Below, piece by piece: positions 48,560 to 60,516 of a stretch of 64,000 bases of DNA (within the stretch, counting starts at the first letter, position 1; each line of letters starts with the position of its first letter). The DNA lies in contig NC_058383.1 of assembly GCF_018350175.1 (NCBI RefSeq), forward strand, positions 29,762,001 to 29,826,000, written 5' to 3'. The position numbers and the translations under genes are program-made. The DNA comes from Felis catus (lineage: Eukaryota). The notes under the pieces were generated by a model. That model was not told the DNA's origin. It did not search any database and saw only the letters and a program-made list of their open reading frames with translations.

Positions 48560-48750
48560 GAGTAGAGAACCTGAATGGTGGGGGTCTGGATTTCCATCCT
48601 TGTTTGGCCACTTGTGATATGTTCTTTGGCAAGTTACTACTCTTTGAGGCTCAGTTTCCTCATCCAAAAAATGGGGATAATACCTGTCATGAAGGAGGTG
48701 GTTGTAAGGATTAAATGAGATAATACAAGTCAAATTCTTAGACTCTAGTG
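48560..48750 (+). mobile_element. MIR
   Basis: ctcagtttcctcatccaaaaaatggggataat...gaggtggttgtaaggattaaatgaga. Confidence 0.85.
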
Positions 48751-48782
48751 ACCCTTGACTGGTGTTGGCTGTTATCTGTGCC

Positions 48783-49010
48783 TCAGGCTCAGCAAACTAT
48801 GGCCTGCAGACCAAAGTGGCCCACTGCTCATTCTTGTCAATAAAGTTTTATTGGACCACTGCCATTTCCATTTATTTCTATATCAAATGTGTCCTACTGG
48901 GACTGCTTGTGTGTGATAACAGCAGAGTTGAGTAGTTGTAGTAAGAGGCCATGTGACCCACAAAGTCTAAATATTTGCTCTGAACCTGTAGAGAAAAAGA
49001 TGGCTGTCAC
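48783..49010. mobile_element. MER58A-like MITE
   Basis: cagcaaactatggcctgc...aataaagttttattgga...gcagagttgagtagttg. Confidence 0.85.
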
Positions 49011-49506
49011 TTAACAGCACGTCATGAACTGGCACGTCATGAACTCCTGGAGTTCAGTGGAGTTTATAGTCTAGTGGGTGGAGATACCTTCCAAACATCC
49101 CCTAAATTCCAAAAGAGAGGCAGTTTGGAATCGTCGTAAGAGTCTGAGATTGTTTTCTTTCCCAAATGCTCCCCAAATCAAACATTTGGCCATAAGTGAC
49201 CTGCTTTTTTTCCTCGGAGGCTCAGTTTCCTCATTTCTAAGGTGGAAGGGTGGGGCTACCTGATCTGAATGGATTCTTTCAGCTCTAGAATTTTCTGATT
49301 CCATCCTTGGCATTCTGTGGAGCCCTCAAAGCACAGGTCTGTGTCTTCTATTGGAAATGGGCCAGCAGGCCTTTTAAATTGGAGATGATAAAATACCATA
49401 CTTTCTCCTCCGCACAGGACACTTGTTTTACAGCGAATCAATACAATTCTGAATTATAGCTGGTCTCCCTTCTCCAGAGGTTCAGAGAAAGGTTTATAAA
49501 TCCCTC

Positions 49507-50012
49507 TGTGGTAGGATGAATAATTTCCCCCAGAGATAACCGGGTCCTAATCCCTGGAAGCTGTGAATGTTACCTTATTATGGCAGAAGAGATTCTGCAG
49601 ATGTGGTTAAGCGTCTTCAAACTGGAAGCTTCTTGGATTGCGTAGGTGTGCTCTCAGTGCAATCACCAGTGTCTTCACAAAAGGAGGTGGAGGGAGGGAG
49701 ATTTTACTACAGAGATGGTGATCGTGACAGCCCCAGCTGAGAGATTTGAAGATGGTGGGCTACAGGCTTTGAAGGTGAAAGACGGGGCCACGAGCCAAGG
49801 AATGCTGCTCTAGAAGGTGGAAAGAGCAAGTAAATGGATTCTTCACTCTGTAGAGCCTCTGAGGGGAGCATGGCCTTGTTAATATTTTGATGTCACTCTG
49901 TGGAAACTGCTTTCAAGCTCCTGACCTCCAGGACTATCAGAGGATAAGTGTGTGTTTGAAATGCCCACGTTTGTGGGAGTGTTGGTGACAGCAGCCATAA
50001 AGAACGAATACA
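49507..50012 (+). mobile_element. MaLR solo LTR (MLT1D-like)
   Basis: TGTGGTAGG...GAATACA ends; ctaatccctggaa, gagccaaggaatgc, ctgacctccag. Confidence 0.88.
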
Positions 50013-50090
50013 CCCCTTTTTTCATAGAAAAGTAACCCATGGGTTCCAAGGAGCATTAGCAGTGTGCTTTTAAAATAAGTCTCAAAGCAG

Positions 50091-50287
50091 GGGCACCTGG
50101 GTGGCTCAGTGGGTTGAGCGTCTGACTTCTGCTCAGGCCATGATCTCCTAGTTCGTTACTTGGAGCCCCATATCAGGCTCGTTGCTGTCAGCTCAGAGCC
50201 TGCTTTGCATCCTCTGCACCCCCCTCTCTCTGTCCCTCCCCTGCTCAAGCTCTCTTTTTCTCTCAAAAATAAGTAAACATTAAAAAA
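50091..50287 (+). mobile_element. Can-SINE
   Basis: Perfect TSD AAAATAAGTCTCAAAGCAG at 50072-50090 and 50288-50306. Confidence 0.96.
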
Positions 50288-50437
50288 AAAATAAGTCTCA
50301 AAGCAGAGAGAAAATTAATAAAGCTATTAACCTTGGAGTAAAGCAAAAAAGAGACAAGAAATGGAGGGAGAGGTGGATAGGGAAACAGAAGATAAATAAG
50401 GCTTGAGGTGTTCCTTTCCTCTTCATTTCCCTTCATC

Positions 50438-50680
50438 GGTGTGGTAGGTAGATCTCTGAGCCCTGATGACCTCCATCTCCTGGTGTTAAACCTCAGTGCT
50501 ATCCTGGTCACCTTGAGAGCAGTTGGGACCTGTCACTTGCTTCCAACCAATGGAATATGGCAGAGGTGATGGGATTATCACTCATATGATTACACTTCCT
50601 CATATAAGTCTCTGTCATAACAGTCTAGAGAGATAGAGAGAGAGATCCTGATTTGTCAGACTGGGAGAAATTCTAGCCAA
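50438..50680 (+). mobile_element. MaLR LTR 5' part (MLT1E/F-like)
   Basis: tgtggtagg...acctgtcacttgcttccaaccaatggaatatggcagaggtgatggga. Confidence 0.75.
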
Positions 50681-52108
50681 TAAGTAGTAGTATTTGTTAT
50701 CCAATCACGTGACCTATCATTTCAGCCAGCAAATGGAACTCAGAGACCAAAATGGAGTAATGGTTGACACGGTTAATTTAAACAATGCAATTTTTAACAA
50801 ATTCCATAGTGAGTCAATAAGAATGTAATAATAGGCTTCTAATTGTTGCCAGCATGCCTGTGATGGGGAGTGGGGAACGTCCTGACGATGGCAGAACATT
50901 TGAGCCCAGCATTGTGAAAAGACAAAAGTGGCAGTTTTCCAGTGTTGGCCTGGCCCTTGCCAAGCCTAGGGCCACCTCTGGCTGGACACCAGATGAGGAC
51001 ACAAGAGCAGAGTTAGTAACCATGATGGTTTGGGAATCAGACCTTCTTATGTCCTGATGGAGCTGCACACCAGCTGGGGAACTTGGGCAGGTTCTCACAC
51101 TTGCTCTGTGCCTTCGTTTCCTCATCTACAAAATGGATCTGTAGAAAGTATCTACCCCGTAGGGTTGTGTTACCCCCCGTGAAGTTCTTAGAGTACTGAT
51201 ACTGACTCTATGCTTCATAGACGCTATTGTTATCCATACTGCTGTGTTGATGATGGACAGCAGGGTTTTTTTTTTCTTTGCCACATTTCTGGTGAAGCAA
51301 ACCGGTTTTTCATGTTACTCTATCTAGATTTTCAAGGCATTCTGTTTTATAACAATGGTTTCAGTTCCTCCAATAATTGATCATTGTTCCCACTTTCCCC
51401 GGGAGACTCCTGGAGCTCAGCAGTATGAAGAAGCAGTAAGTGGTGAGACCATTGTTCCAACCAGAATGCTGAGACCCTAGCATGGATGTTCCATCTGTGG
51501 TTTGAAGCCATGGTCATTGGAAGAGGCTATCAGCCCTAGGGTAAGAGATTGGCACCCCAGGAAGAAGAGAGAACATTACTTCCTGCTCTGGTGCATTCTG
51601 GCCTCCTAAGAATAGAGCTCTGTTCTTAATTGTGGAAGGGAAAGTACCCTCCTCTTCTGTGAGGCTAGGTCTACATTCCTCAATGCCTCCAGCCATAGTC
51701 TGCCAAGTGCGCTCTGCGGGAAGCTGACCAGGTGGAAGGATTGAAGCCTTTTGGTGAAGGAACTCTTGGATGCTTCTCCTTTCTGTCTTGGCAGCACATT
51801 TCCCAATGGGCATGGGGGCTGGTGACCCTACTATGCACAAAGAGAGACTGTTTCTTGGGAGGCTGCCCCCTACTCTTGTCCCAATTTTATAGGGCTTTAG
51901 GAAGTGAGTTGGAGACAGAGTTTTCTCTCTGAGACATCTGCTCTTGTGGTTTCCTGGGTGTGGTTAGCCTTACTAATAAGGACTTTGAGGTTCCAGGAAG
52001 ACCACAGAGGCCAGGGAGTAGAAGACACGTTTAGGAAGCCCACCTCCATAAACACTGGGGATGAGATCTTTGGGAAAATGGGGAGATGGGAAAAGAACGA
52101 AGCCAATT

Positions 52109-52333
52109 GTTTTTAAAGAAAATTTTTTTTACCGTTTATTTATTTTTGAGACAGAGAGAGACAGAGCATGAATGGGGGAGGGGCAGAGAGAGAGGGAGAC
52201 ACAGAATCGAAAGCAGGCTCCAGGCTCTGAGCCATCAGCCCAGAGGCCGACATGGGACTCGAACTCACGGACCGTGAGATTGTGACCTGATCTGAAGTCG
52301 GACACTCAACTGACTGAGCCACCCAGTTGCCCC
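52109..52333 (-). mobile_element. SINEC_Fc-type Can-SINE
   Basis: TSD GAAGCCAATT at 52099-52108 and 52334-52343. Confidence 0.95.
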
Positions 52334-53659
52334 GAAGCCAATTTTTGAGAAGGGAAAAAATAGAACAAGAAGAAAATAGAACAAGAAGGAAAATTATGCC
52401 TCTATTAAAAAAAAAAAAAAAAAAAAGGAAGTCAATGACACGTGTTAGGGACAAGACAGCCATGAAGGGTAAGCTTGACAAGAGAGACCAGGAGTGGGGA
52501 AGGCGGTGAGTGCTGCCATGTCTTTGCTGGAGAAAGATGGATGACGGCCGGGAAGGTGGCCAAATGGGAAATAGGATAAACTCTTAAATGCAAGCAAGAG
52601 AGATTCAAGTAATGAGAAGCTCAGATAAGACAAACATGAGAAATAAAACCCCTTTGAAAGCAAGGCTGAAGGGCCGAACGGAATGGCCAACCAAAGAGGG
52701 CATGGTGGGGGGAGGCGAAGCATGAAGGAGACAAATCCAAAGAGAAAGTGATGGTCTCGGCCGCTAAGGCTGTCAAATGGCTTTGACAAGGGAGGGACAA
52801 TGAGGGACTGAGGCTGGCGGACAAATCCCTCAGCCCCGAGTCACATCGCGTTAGAGGGATTTTCTTTGTGGTCCGTGACCATGGCCTCTCTGGGAGATAG
52901 ACGGGGGTACATTCAGAACCGATGATGCTCATTCCTTTTCTGTTCGGGATTAACTCTGAGGTGGAAAACTCAAGAAAGCAGCCGTAGACTCTCAGAAGTT
53001 AACACCGTATTGCCAAGTTTACAGTCCCCAAAGGGAGGGCTCTCTGCTCTAACATCAAAGTCTCTGGTGGTGTTCCTCCAAGGGCTGCTTCTTTGGTTGT
53101 AAGTCACACCTCTTTGGTTTCATCCCAAACCCTCACTGAATGCAGTCTGGTGGGTCAGGGTACCGATCACCCCCAGACTGGTTTCAAGTCTGAGCTCTGA
53201 CACTGAACTGGCCTCAACTTCCTCCCTTTGGATGGAGGTCATCGATCATAGGCTGGTTGTGGGACCAACTGAGGTGAGGAAAGTGTTCAGCATTGTGGCA
53301 AGACTGTGCTAGATGCTTGGATCTGGGGCAACACACAGTTCAGCTCCATGTGGCCCTTAGTCTATGATTGGAGGCAGGCGTGCTAACACACGCCTCCATA
53401 AAGTGGGAGAAATGCAGCCATGGAATCATCGTCAAGGCCTCAAGAGGGCCGGCAGCGGGCCATGCTTAACTCTCGTGGGGTGTGCTTGATGCCATGGAGA
53501 AGCTTTTAACCTGCAGCCTGGGGTTTAGTGGTAGGAAGGACATTTCAGGCTCAGGGCACATGATAAGGCATTGAGTGGTGAAATAGTATGGCAGGTCTGG
53601 GAACCTGGCTTTTGGTTTTGTTGCTGAAGTGTTTTCACAGAAGTTTGATAAGCATAAGG

Positions 53660-53702
53660 TTTTTTTTTTTTTTTTAATGTTTGAGAGAGTGTGAGTGGGG
53701 GA

Positions 53703-53763
<61 letters not shown>

Positions 53764-53891
53764 TGAACGAATCCCAAGCAGGCTCTGTGCTGACAGCAGT
53801 GAGTCAGATGCAGGGCTTGAACTCACGAACCATGAGATCATGACCTGAGCTGAAATCCGATGCTTAACCCACTGAGCCACCCAGGAGGGCC
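53660..53891 (-). mobile_element. Can-SINE with expanded (GA)n
   Basis: Antisense body; about 25 GA units at 53706-53756. Confidence 0.93.
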
Positions 53892-53969
53892 AAGAAAGTG
53901 CCATGTTTAAATGAAATTTAGAAATTTTAGGCCAAACAAACATACAAACAAACTGATTTCCTTATCGGG

Positions 53970-54090
53970 AGTCTCAGAAGAGTGTTACATCTGCTTTATA
54001 AGCACAATGAATCTCCAAGAGGGACTCACAGGGGGCACAGCATCTTCCAAACTTATTTGAGCATAGAAACTTTTTTGCAAAGGATCTTGC
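53970..54090. mobile_element. hAT-Charlie fragment (MER112-like)
   Basis: gcacaatgaatctccaagaggg...cagcatcttccaaacttatttga. Confidence 0.5.
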
Positions 54091-54666
54091 AAATCTAGTA
54101 TGGTATTCCTCCTCCCTTGACACCCAATAACAAGATGTAAATTGGAAAAAAAAAAAAAAAAGCAAAAGAACATTTTATGAAATGCTGACCTCCAGAGCTA
54201 AGAACATAATTAACATCACTGTGAGTGGATTATCTGCTTGCTAGAAAAGCAATGTTACAGTAACAATAGAAATCTAAGACACAAAGGGTCACCACCTTTG
54301 GATAGCGTTAAGCATATTAAGTCGCTTCTACCCAATGAAGGCGGGTAAGCAGACTTGTACTCTGCAGCATTGTGGGTGGATGTTGGCAAGGCACAGAATG
54401 GAAGTCACCAGCAAGTCTTCTTTGGCCTCTTTTTATAAATGTCTGATCCTCGAGGAGCTTTGAGGAGACACACGGCAGAGAGAAGGAGAGTCAGAGGTGT
54501 AAACAAAGTGTCTTAGCTCTGAAGGAGAAAGTGAGGCTCCTCTACCCCAGACTAGAGAATTTCTTGGAGGTCAGTGGGAAGACAAGTCAACTCTACTTGC
54601 AATGCATGTGGGCACCAGCAAGGCTGTAGACCAGCATGCATGGCTGGCATCTCAGTAGAGAGAGGA

Positions 54667-55692
54667 TGTATTAGTTATCTAGTGCTGTGTAACAAACTAC
54701 CCCAAAGATACTAGCTCAAAGCAGTGAACATTTAGCATAACGTGCAGGTAGGAGAGGAAAGAGCTCATATCAGAGAAGGGACATCAGAGCAAATATGTAC
54801 AGAGGGAATGAGACACAAGGGTTATATTGTGCTTTAGACTTTATGGGTCCAGCATACATCTGTTTGAATGAATGAAAGAATAAGTGAACGATTAGAGGCT
54901 TACTGCATTCAGAATACAAATAAAGAGCTTGGAAAAGAAACTTTAAAAACCAGCAAAACATTTATGACATCAAAGTTTCTATAGGTCAGGAATCTGGGTG
55001 TGCTTAGCTGGATCTTTTGGTTCTGGCTCTCTGACCAGGCTGCAGTCAAGGTGTCAGCCGGGGCTGTGGTCATCATGGGGCTCAAGTGGGGGAAGATCTA
55101 CTATTGACATCACTCATGCACTCATGTGGTTGTTGGCAGGATTGAGTTCTCTGTATGCTCCTGGACTCAAGTCCTCGGTTTTTCCGTGGCTGTTGGCCAG
55201 AAAGCACCCCCAGTTCCTTTCTAGAGGAGTCTTTGCACAGAGCAGCTTGCAACATGACAGTTGGCTTTATCAGAGTGCATGAGAAGAGCCAGAGAGACTG
55301 TGCTGGCAAGAGAGAAGTCAGTCTTTTGTAACTGGACCTTGGAAGTGACATCCTGTCACTGTTGCCATATTCTCTTGGCTAGAGCAAGTCACTAGATCTA
55401 GTCTACACTCAAATGAGAGTAGGAACTGTGACTGGCTAGCCTAGGGGCTGGTAAACTTCTTCTGCATAGGACCAAATAATAAGTATTAATAGATTAAATA
55501 TATTATCTATATAATAATTAATAAATATTGAATGTTATCTTTCCCATGATCAGTTTTATGAATCTTAAAGATGACTCTATCTTATTTAATTAGTTGATTT
55601 GAAGAGAGCTGAGGGGATTACACAAGGGCATGAATACTAGGAAGTGGGATCTAGGAGGTAGGGACCACTGGGGCCATGTCAGAAGCTGCTCA
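54667..55692 (-). mobile_element. MaLR LTR (MLT1F-like) in three pieces
   Basis: tgtattagttatct...taacaaactaccccaaa; ggtcaggaatctggg...gcagtcaaggtgtcagcc; gggattacacaagggcatgaatac. Confidence 0.8.
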
Positions 55693-56429
55693 AAGAACTG
55701 TAGTCATTCTTCCAAGAGTCCTATGTATAAGCCCGACTTGGAGGAGCAGAGAAGTGAAGTTAACTGAGGGTAAGAACAATAGAGATATCCCTGGTAGTTT
55801 GTGTGGATAGTTGACCCATCAAAGAGGAAGCCTACTCTTTCCTTATGTCAGATCCTACAATTATGATCCAGGTACAAGGGAGTTACGGGGAAAATGCGAG
55901 AACGGCTGGGTTGAGGGGGGGGGGGCATATTTACACTTTTAATAGATCCTGGTAAATTTCCCTCCCAAAAGGATGTACTGCTTTTCGTATACAGAAGTCA
56001 CAATGCTTTCTTGTTTTCTTTCTTTTCGTTAGAAATGTGTTAGGTGGCTAACTGCCGAGTACAGAAGAGTGGAAGTGATCAGAGTAAAAGGTTCATGTTC
56101 AGTCTGAGTCAGTGAAAGATGAATCATAGACATTACTGAACAGCAGAAGAATAGCTCTGAGATTAGATTTAGTGAAGCTCAAGGAGGGAGAGCGAGTGGT
56201 CAAACAGTAAATGAAAGTCAGGTTGGGAAACGTTAGAGACAAAGGAAGGAAATTGACTAGAGGAGGGACTTTGAGTCCAACGTGGAAAAAAATTCCAGCT
56301 CTGAAGCACAAGTCCATCTAAACATTAGCCTAAGCTGACTGTGGGGCCATCCATTTACCGTTTGTCCAATGGTTATTTGGACCATTTGTCCATCCATTGG
56401 TCCATTTGAACCAATGATTATCTGGTTCA

Positions 56430-57220
56430 CTTGCCATACGATAAGTGTGTTAGGCACTGAAGCTATAACAGTGGGTAGACTAGGGGTCAGAAAACTATGG
56501 TCAGTGGGCCAAATATGTGTCACTGATATTGTAAATAAGCTTTATTAGAACACAGTCACACTCCTTAATTTATGAATTGCGTGTGACCATTTTCACACTA
56601 TGACAGTGGAGTTGAGTAGTTATAACAGACTCTATGGCCTGCAAAGCCTAAGATACTTAATATTTGGTCCTATCCAGAAAAAGTTTGCCAATGCCGAGGC
56701 TAGATAGCCTTGATTCTTACCTCGTGGGGTTTACCATCTAACAGGAAAGATGGACGTGAATCAAATAATTTTGTAAGTGGATAATTACCAGCTGTGAGTA
56801 ATGTCCTGGAAAAGTACATGATGCTGTGATAGAACATGGCATGGGACACTTTTGATAGGGTTGTCAGGAGATAGTTCCTGAGGACATGGATTTTTTTTTT
56901 TTAAAGGAACTTGATGGGTAAGAAGGAGTCAGCCTGCAAATAATTGGGGAAGAGGTTTCCAAACAGAGGGAAGGGAATGCATCAGGACTCTCTGCTGAAA
57001 AAAGCTCATCCTTCCAAGGAACAGACTGGAACATGGAGAATGAATTGAGACTCAGTAGAGATCAGGTTGTCAAGGTGTCCTAGGCTGAGTTCAGAGATCT
57101 GGGTTTTGTTTAAATACAATGTGAAGACACTGACGGTTCTTGTGATCAGTTTCATGAGTCTCATAGACCACTCTGTCTTATTCCTGGAACTGAGTTGAAG
57201 AGAGGCGAGATGGGGAGCCG
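56430..57220 (-). mobile_element. L2 fragment hosting a MER58A-like MITE (about 56482-56700)
   Basis: L2 blocks flank ggggtcagaaaactatgg...gaaaaagtttgccaa. Confidence 0.75.
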
Positions 57221-57397
57221 TTTAGTACCCAGACCCTCTCTCTCCTCTGTGTTGATGTAACAGTTCAGAACGTGTGGACATAACAGAATGGTTTCTTTGC
57301 TGACAGTGAAGCATGTCAGCCTAGCCACAAAGGCAACAAGCCCACAGAAGCTGCCAGAGAAGTGAAACAGTGCAGCCTGGCTCTGGTGGCAATTTTG

Positions 57398-58195
57398 TGG
57401 GTTTTTTTTGTTTATTTTTATTTTTATTTTTTTCTATTTTTTTTAAATATATGAAATTTATTGTCAAATTGGTTTCCATACAACACCCAGTGCTCATCTC
57501 AACAAGTGCCCTCCTCAATACCCATCACCCACCCTCCCCTCCCTCCCATCCCCCATCAACCCTCAGTTCCCAGTTTTTATGAGTCTCTTATGCTTTGGCT
57601 CTCTCCCTCTCTAACCTCTTTTTTTTTTTCTTCCCCTCCCCCATGGGTTCCTGTTAAGTTTCTCAGGATCCACATAAGAGTGAACACATATGGTATCTGT
57701 CTTTCTCTGTATGGCTTATTTCACTTAGTATAACACTCTCCAGTTCCATCTACGTTGCTACAAAGGGTCATATTTCATTCTTTCTCATTGCCACATAGTA
57801 CTCCATTGTGTATATAAACCACATTGTGTATATAAACCACTTTATCCATTCCTCAGTTGATGGACATTTAGGCTCTTTCCATAATTTGCCTATTGTTGAG
57901 AGTGCTGCTATAAACATTGGGGTACAAGTGCCCCTGTGCATCAGCACTCCTGTATCCCTTGGGTAAATTCCTAGCAGTGCTACTGCTGGGTCATAGGGTA
58001 GGTCTATTTTTAATTTTTTGAGGAATCTCCACATTGTTTTCCAGAGCGGCTGCACCAGTTTGCATTCCCACCGACAGTGCAAGAGGGTTCCCGTTTCTCC
58101 ACATCCTCTCCAGCATCTGTAGTCTCCTGATTTGTTCATTTTGGCCACTCTGACTGACATGAGGTGATATCTGAGTGTGGTTTTGATTTGTATTT
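57398..58195 (-). mobile_element. 5'-truncated felid L1 (ORF2 C-terminus, 3' UTR, tail)
   Basis: ORF 57768-58241 encodes the ORF2 cysteine-rich region [18 protein letters not shown] and [14 protein letters not shown]; perfect 17-bp TSD CTCTGGTGGCAATTTTG at 57381-57397 and 58196-58212. Confidence 0.97.
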
Positions 58196-59149
58196 CTCTG
58201 GTGGCAATTTTGACAAGCATACCTTCTAGTAGAGAAGTCACATAGCCTGTGGAAAGGTCTGATTTACAGGACTGTCCTACAAAATACTCATCCTAGGGCG
58301 TTTGCAGTGAGACAGCAGCTGGTGGTTTTTAAAACTACTGAGGCTGTAATTTTTAATCATGTGTAAACGAACTAAGAGTCACAGACAACTCATAATCTCC
58401 CTGATAAACCCTCTTCCTCTAACTCTGAAATATCATTTCCATTGGGCCACCTCTCACAGGTGCTGAAGACATCCCTAGTTTGGCCTTGCAGTTCCTGAAA
58501 TTGTTCAGGCCTGAAAAGAAACAGCGAGACAGAAAAACTCCCCAAGTTCCTCCTTGACATTGAGCAAGGAATTAATTCACTTTTTCTGGAATTTACCTTA
58601 TCTTAATGTCTTTTTAATCTTTTAGAAGAAGCATACCAATTTAGTCTGGAGCTTGAAAACTCTACCCAACACCTTTCCTCAGTAGATAGCTATGTAATCG
58701 AATAAGCTTTCAAGGTGTCTCCTAGTTTTATTTAAAAGCTGGTATTGCAACCACTTAAAGTGTTGCTTTTTTTGCACCACCCCGCTGAACAATGAGAAAA
58801 CTAAAAGGCAATCTTCTTAGGGCAAAGTGTTATCAGTGAATAATACAGTAATTGCTGATGTCTTCAAAGTGTGTATTATAAAAATAAAACCCTGTATGCC
58901 CAGATGTAAACATTTCCACCCCTCCCCCAGGTTACCATGTTTGATAACAAAATATATAATAATGTACAAACAAATGTTGTGGAAAAATTCCTTATAGTAA
59001 TTTTATAATCAAGAATGAGGTAAACTAAGAGTTAACATAATTAACGGCCTATAAGACAATCCCATCGTCATCAGCGGCAGCATTTCAAATGGCCAAACCG
59101 TTAGTAGGTTTTTCATTCATCTGCAGATTTCATTCATCCATGAGAGATG

Positions 59150-59445
59150 AAAAGGAAGAACTGGGATTACCAGGATCTGGGAACTCAGAGCTGGTGTTGG
59201 GAATATGAACAGACACTAGAGATTGGAATCATCCCCTGTTGGGGAAGTCCCAATACGGATAGAAATAGACCAGAGAGAAGCCCTCTTATCCCTTCCTCTT
59301 CTAGTATCTCCTTTTAGCAGAACCTAAAAGGAAGCCAGCTGGCAAAGAAATCTGTGAAGTTTGGTTTGCAGAGTCCCACTTAGATCACTTACAGAGCACT
59401 GAAGGGCAAATGTAAAGTTAGGAGGAAATAAATAACTGGCATAAT
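59150..59445. mobile_element. Ancient ERVL/MaLR-type LTR fragment
   Basis: gcagaacctaaaaggaagccagctggcaaag...gtttgcagagtccca...aataactggca. Confidence 0.5.
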
Positions 59446-59514
59446 CCCTTTTGTGTGAATAAAACATCTGGGCTAGCTTCTATGTCCTCTTAAGTTGATC
59501 CCATTAAAATCTGA

Positions 59515-59670
59515 TAGCTTCCTTTCTTTCTGGCATAAAATATTCCAGGCTCATCTTCTACATATTATGTCCCAGACCTCAAGTCAGCTATTTTTGCAAA
59601 CAGCCTAGGTTCCTTTTAACAGGGAGTGGGATTTAGAGACCAAAATCTGGGCATCATGGGTGTTCATCTA
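59515..59670 (-). mobile_element. L1MC4/5-like 3' fragment
   Basis: ttccaggctcatctt...ggttcctttta...tttagagaccaaaatctggg. Confidence 0.7.
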
Positions 59671-60297
59671 AAACCCTTATTTTGAGTAGCGTTTGGCTCA
59701 ATCCATATTGCATAAGATTTTAATTGTCATCTCCCACCAGTTCAGGAGTTTTGATTGGGAGGCCCTCCTTGTTTTTGCTCTCAGTCTCTTGTGGAAAGAA
59801 ATGATTCTATGCTATTTAAAGCTTACCTTATAATTGTGTTTGTTTTCACTGATTTCATGCTTAGTCATCAAGCTTCTGGTTTTTAAAACCTTAAGGCATA
59901 TTCCAAGTTGAGCATATAATTGATAATTTACTCTTCTGTAAAAAAAAAAAAAAAGTACCTGAATATTGCCACTAAAATCAATCAATTGGACAAATGAGTT
60001 GTGGTATATATGTGTTATCAGGAGCCCACTTTTGCAAGAAATGGATGTAAGTTGAGGAAATAAAACATTAAGTAAATTTGTGTCAGAAATCTGAATTGTG
60101 AAAGGACTGTGGATTTTCTCTGTAATTATGTAGTGGAAAAACAGGTGCATACACAATGAAAATCTCATTACAAATCTAAGTGTGCAGAGATAGATTTCCA
60201 TTGCTTAAGTTCACTGAGACCTTTGGATCGCCATCAGTCATGTCGAAACCCAGTGACATTATCATAATGTCTGCTCTTCCTGTAGACTCAGTTAACT

Positions 60298-60516
60298 TTT
60301 TTTTCAGTTATTTTTTGTACATTTATTTATTTTTGAGAGACAGAGACAGCATGAGGAGGGGAGGGGCAGAGAGAGAGGGAGACACAGAATCAGAAGCAGG
60401 CTTCAGGCTCGGAGCTGTCAGCACAGAGCCCGACACGGGGCTCAAACCCACAAACTGTGAGATCATGACCTGAGCCGAAGTCGGACGCTTAACCAACTGA
60501 GCCACCCAGGGGCCCC
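60298..60516 (-). mobile_element. Can-SINE
   Basis: Full antisense body; degenerate TSD TRGACYCWGTTMACTTT. Confidence 0.95.

Noticed and set aside
57768..58241. 157-aa ORF as a host gene
   Set aside because: It is the L1 ORF2 C-terminus; the start lies in flanking DNA and it ends at a premature stop.
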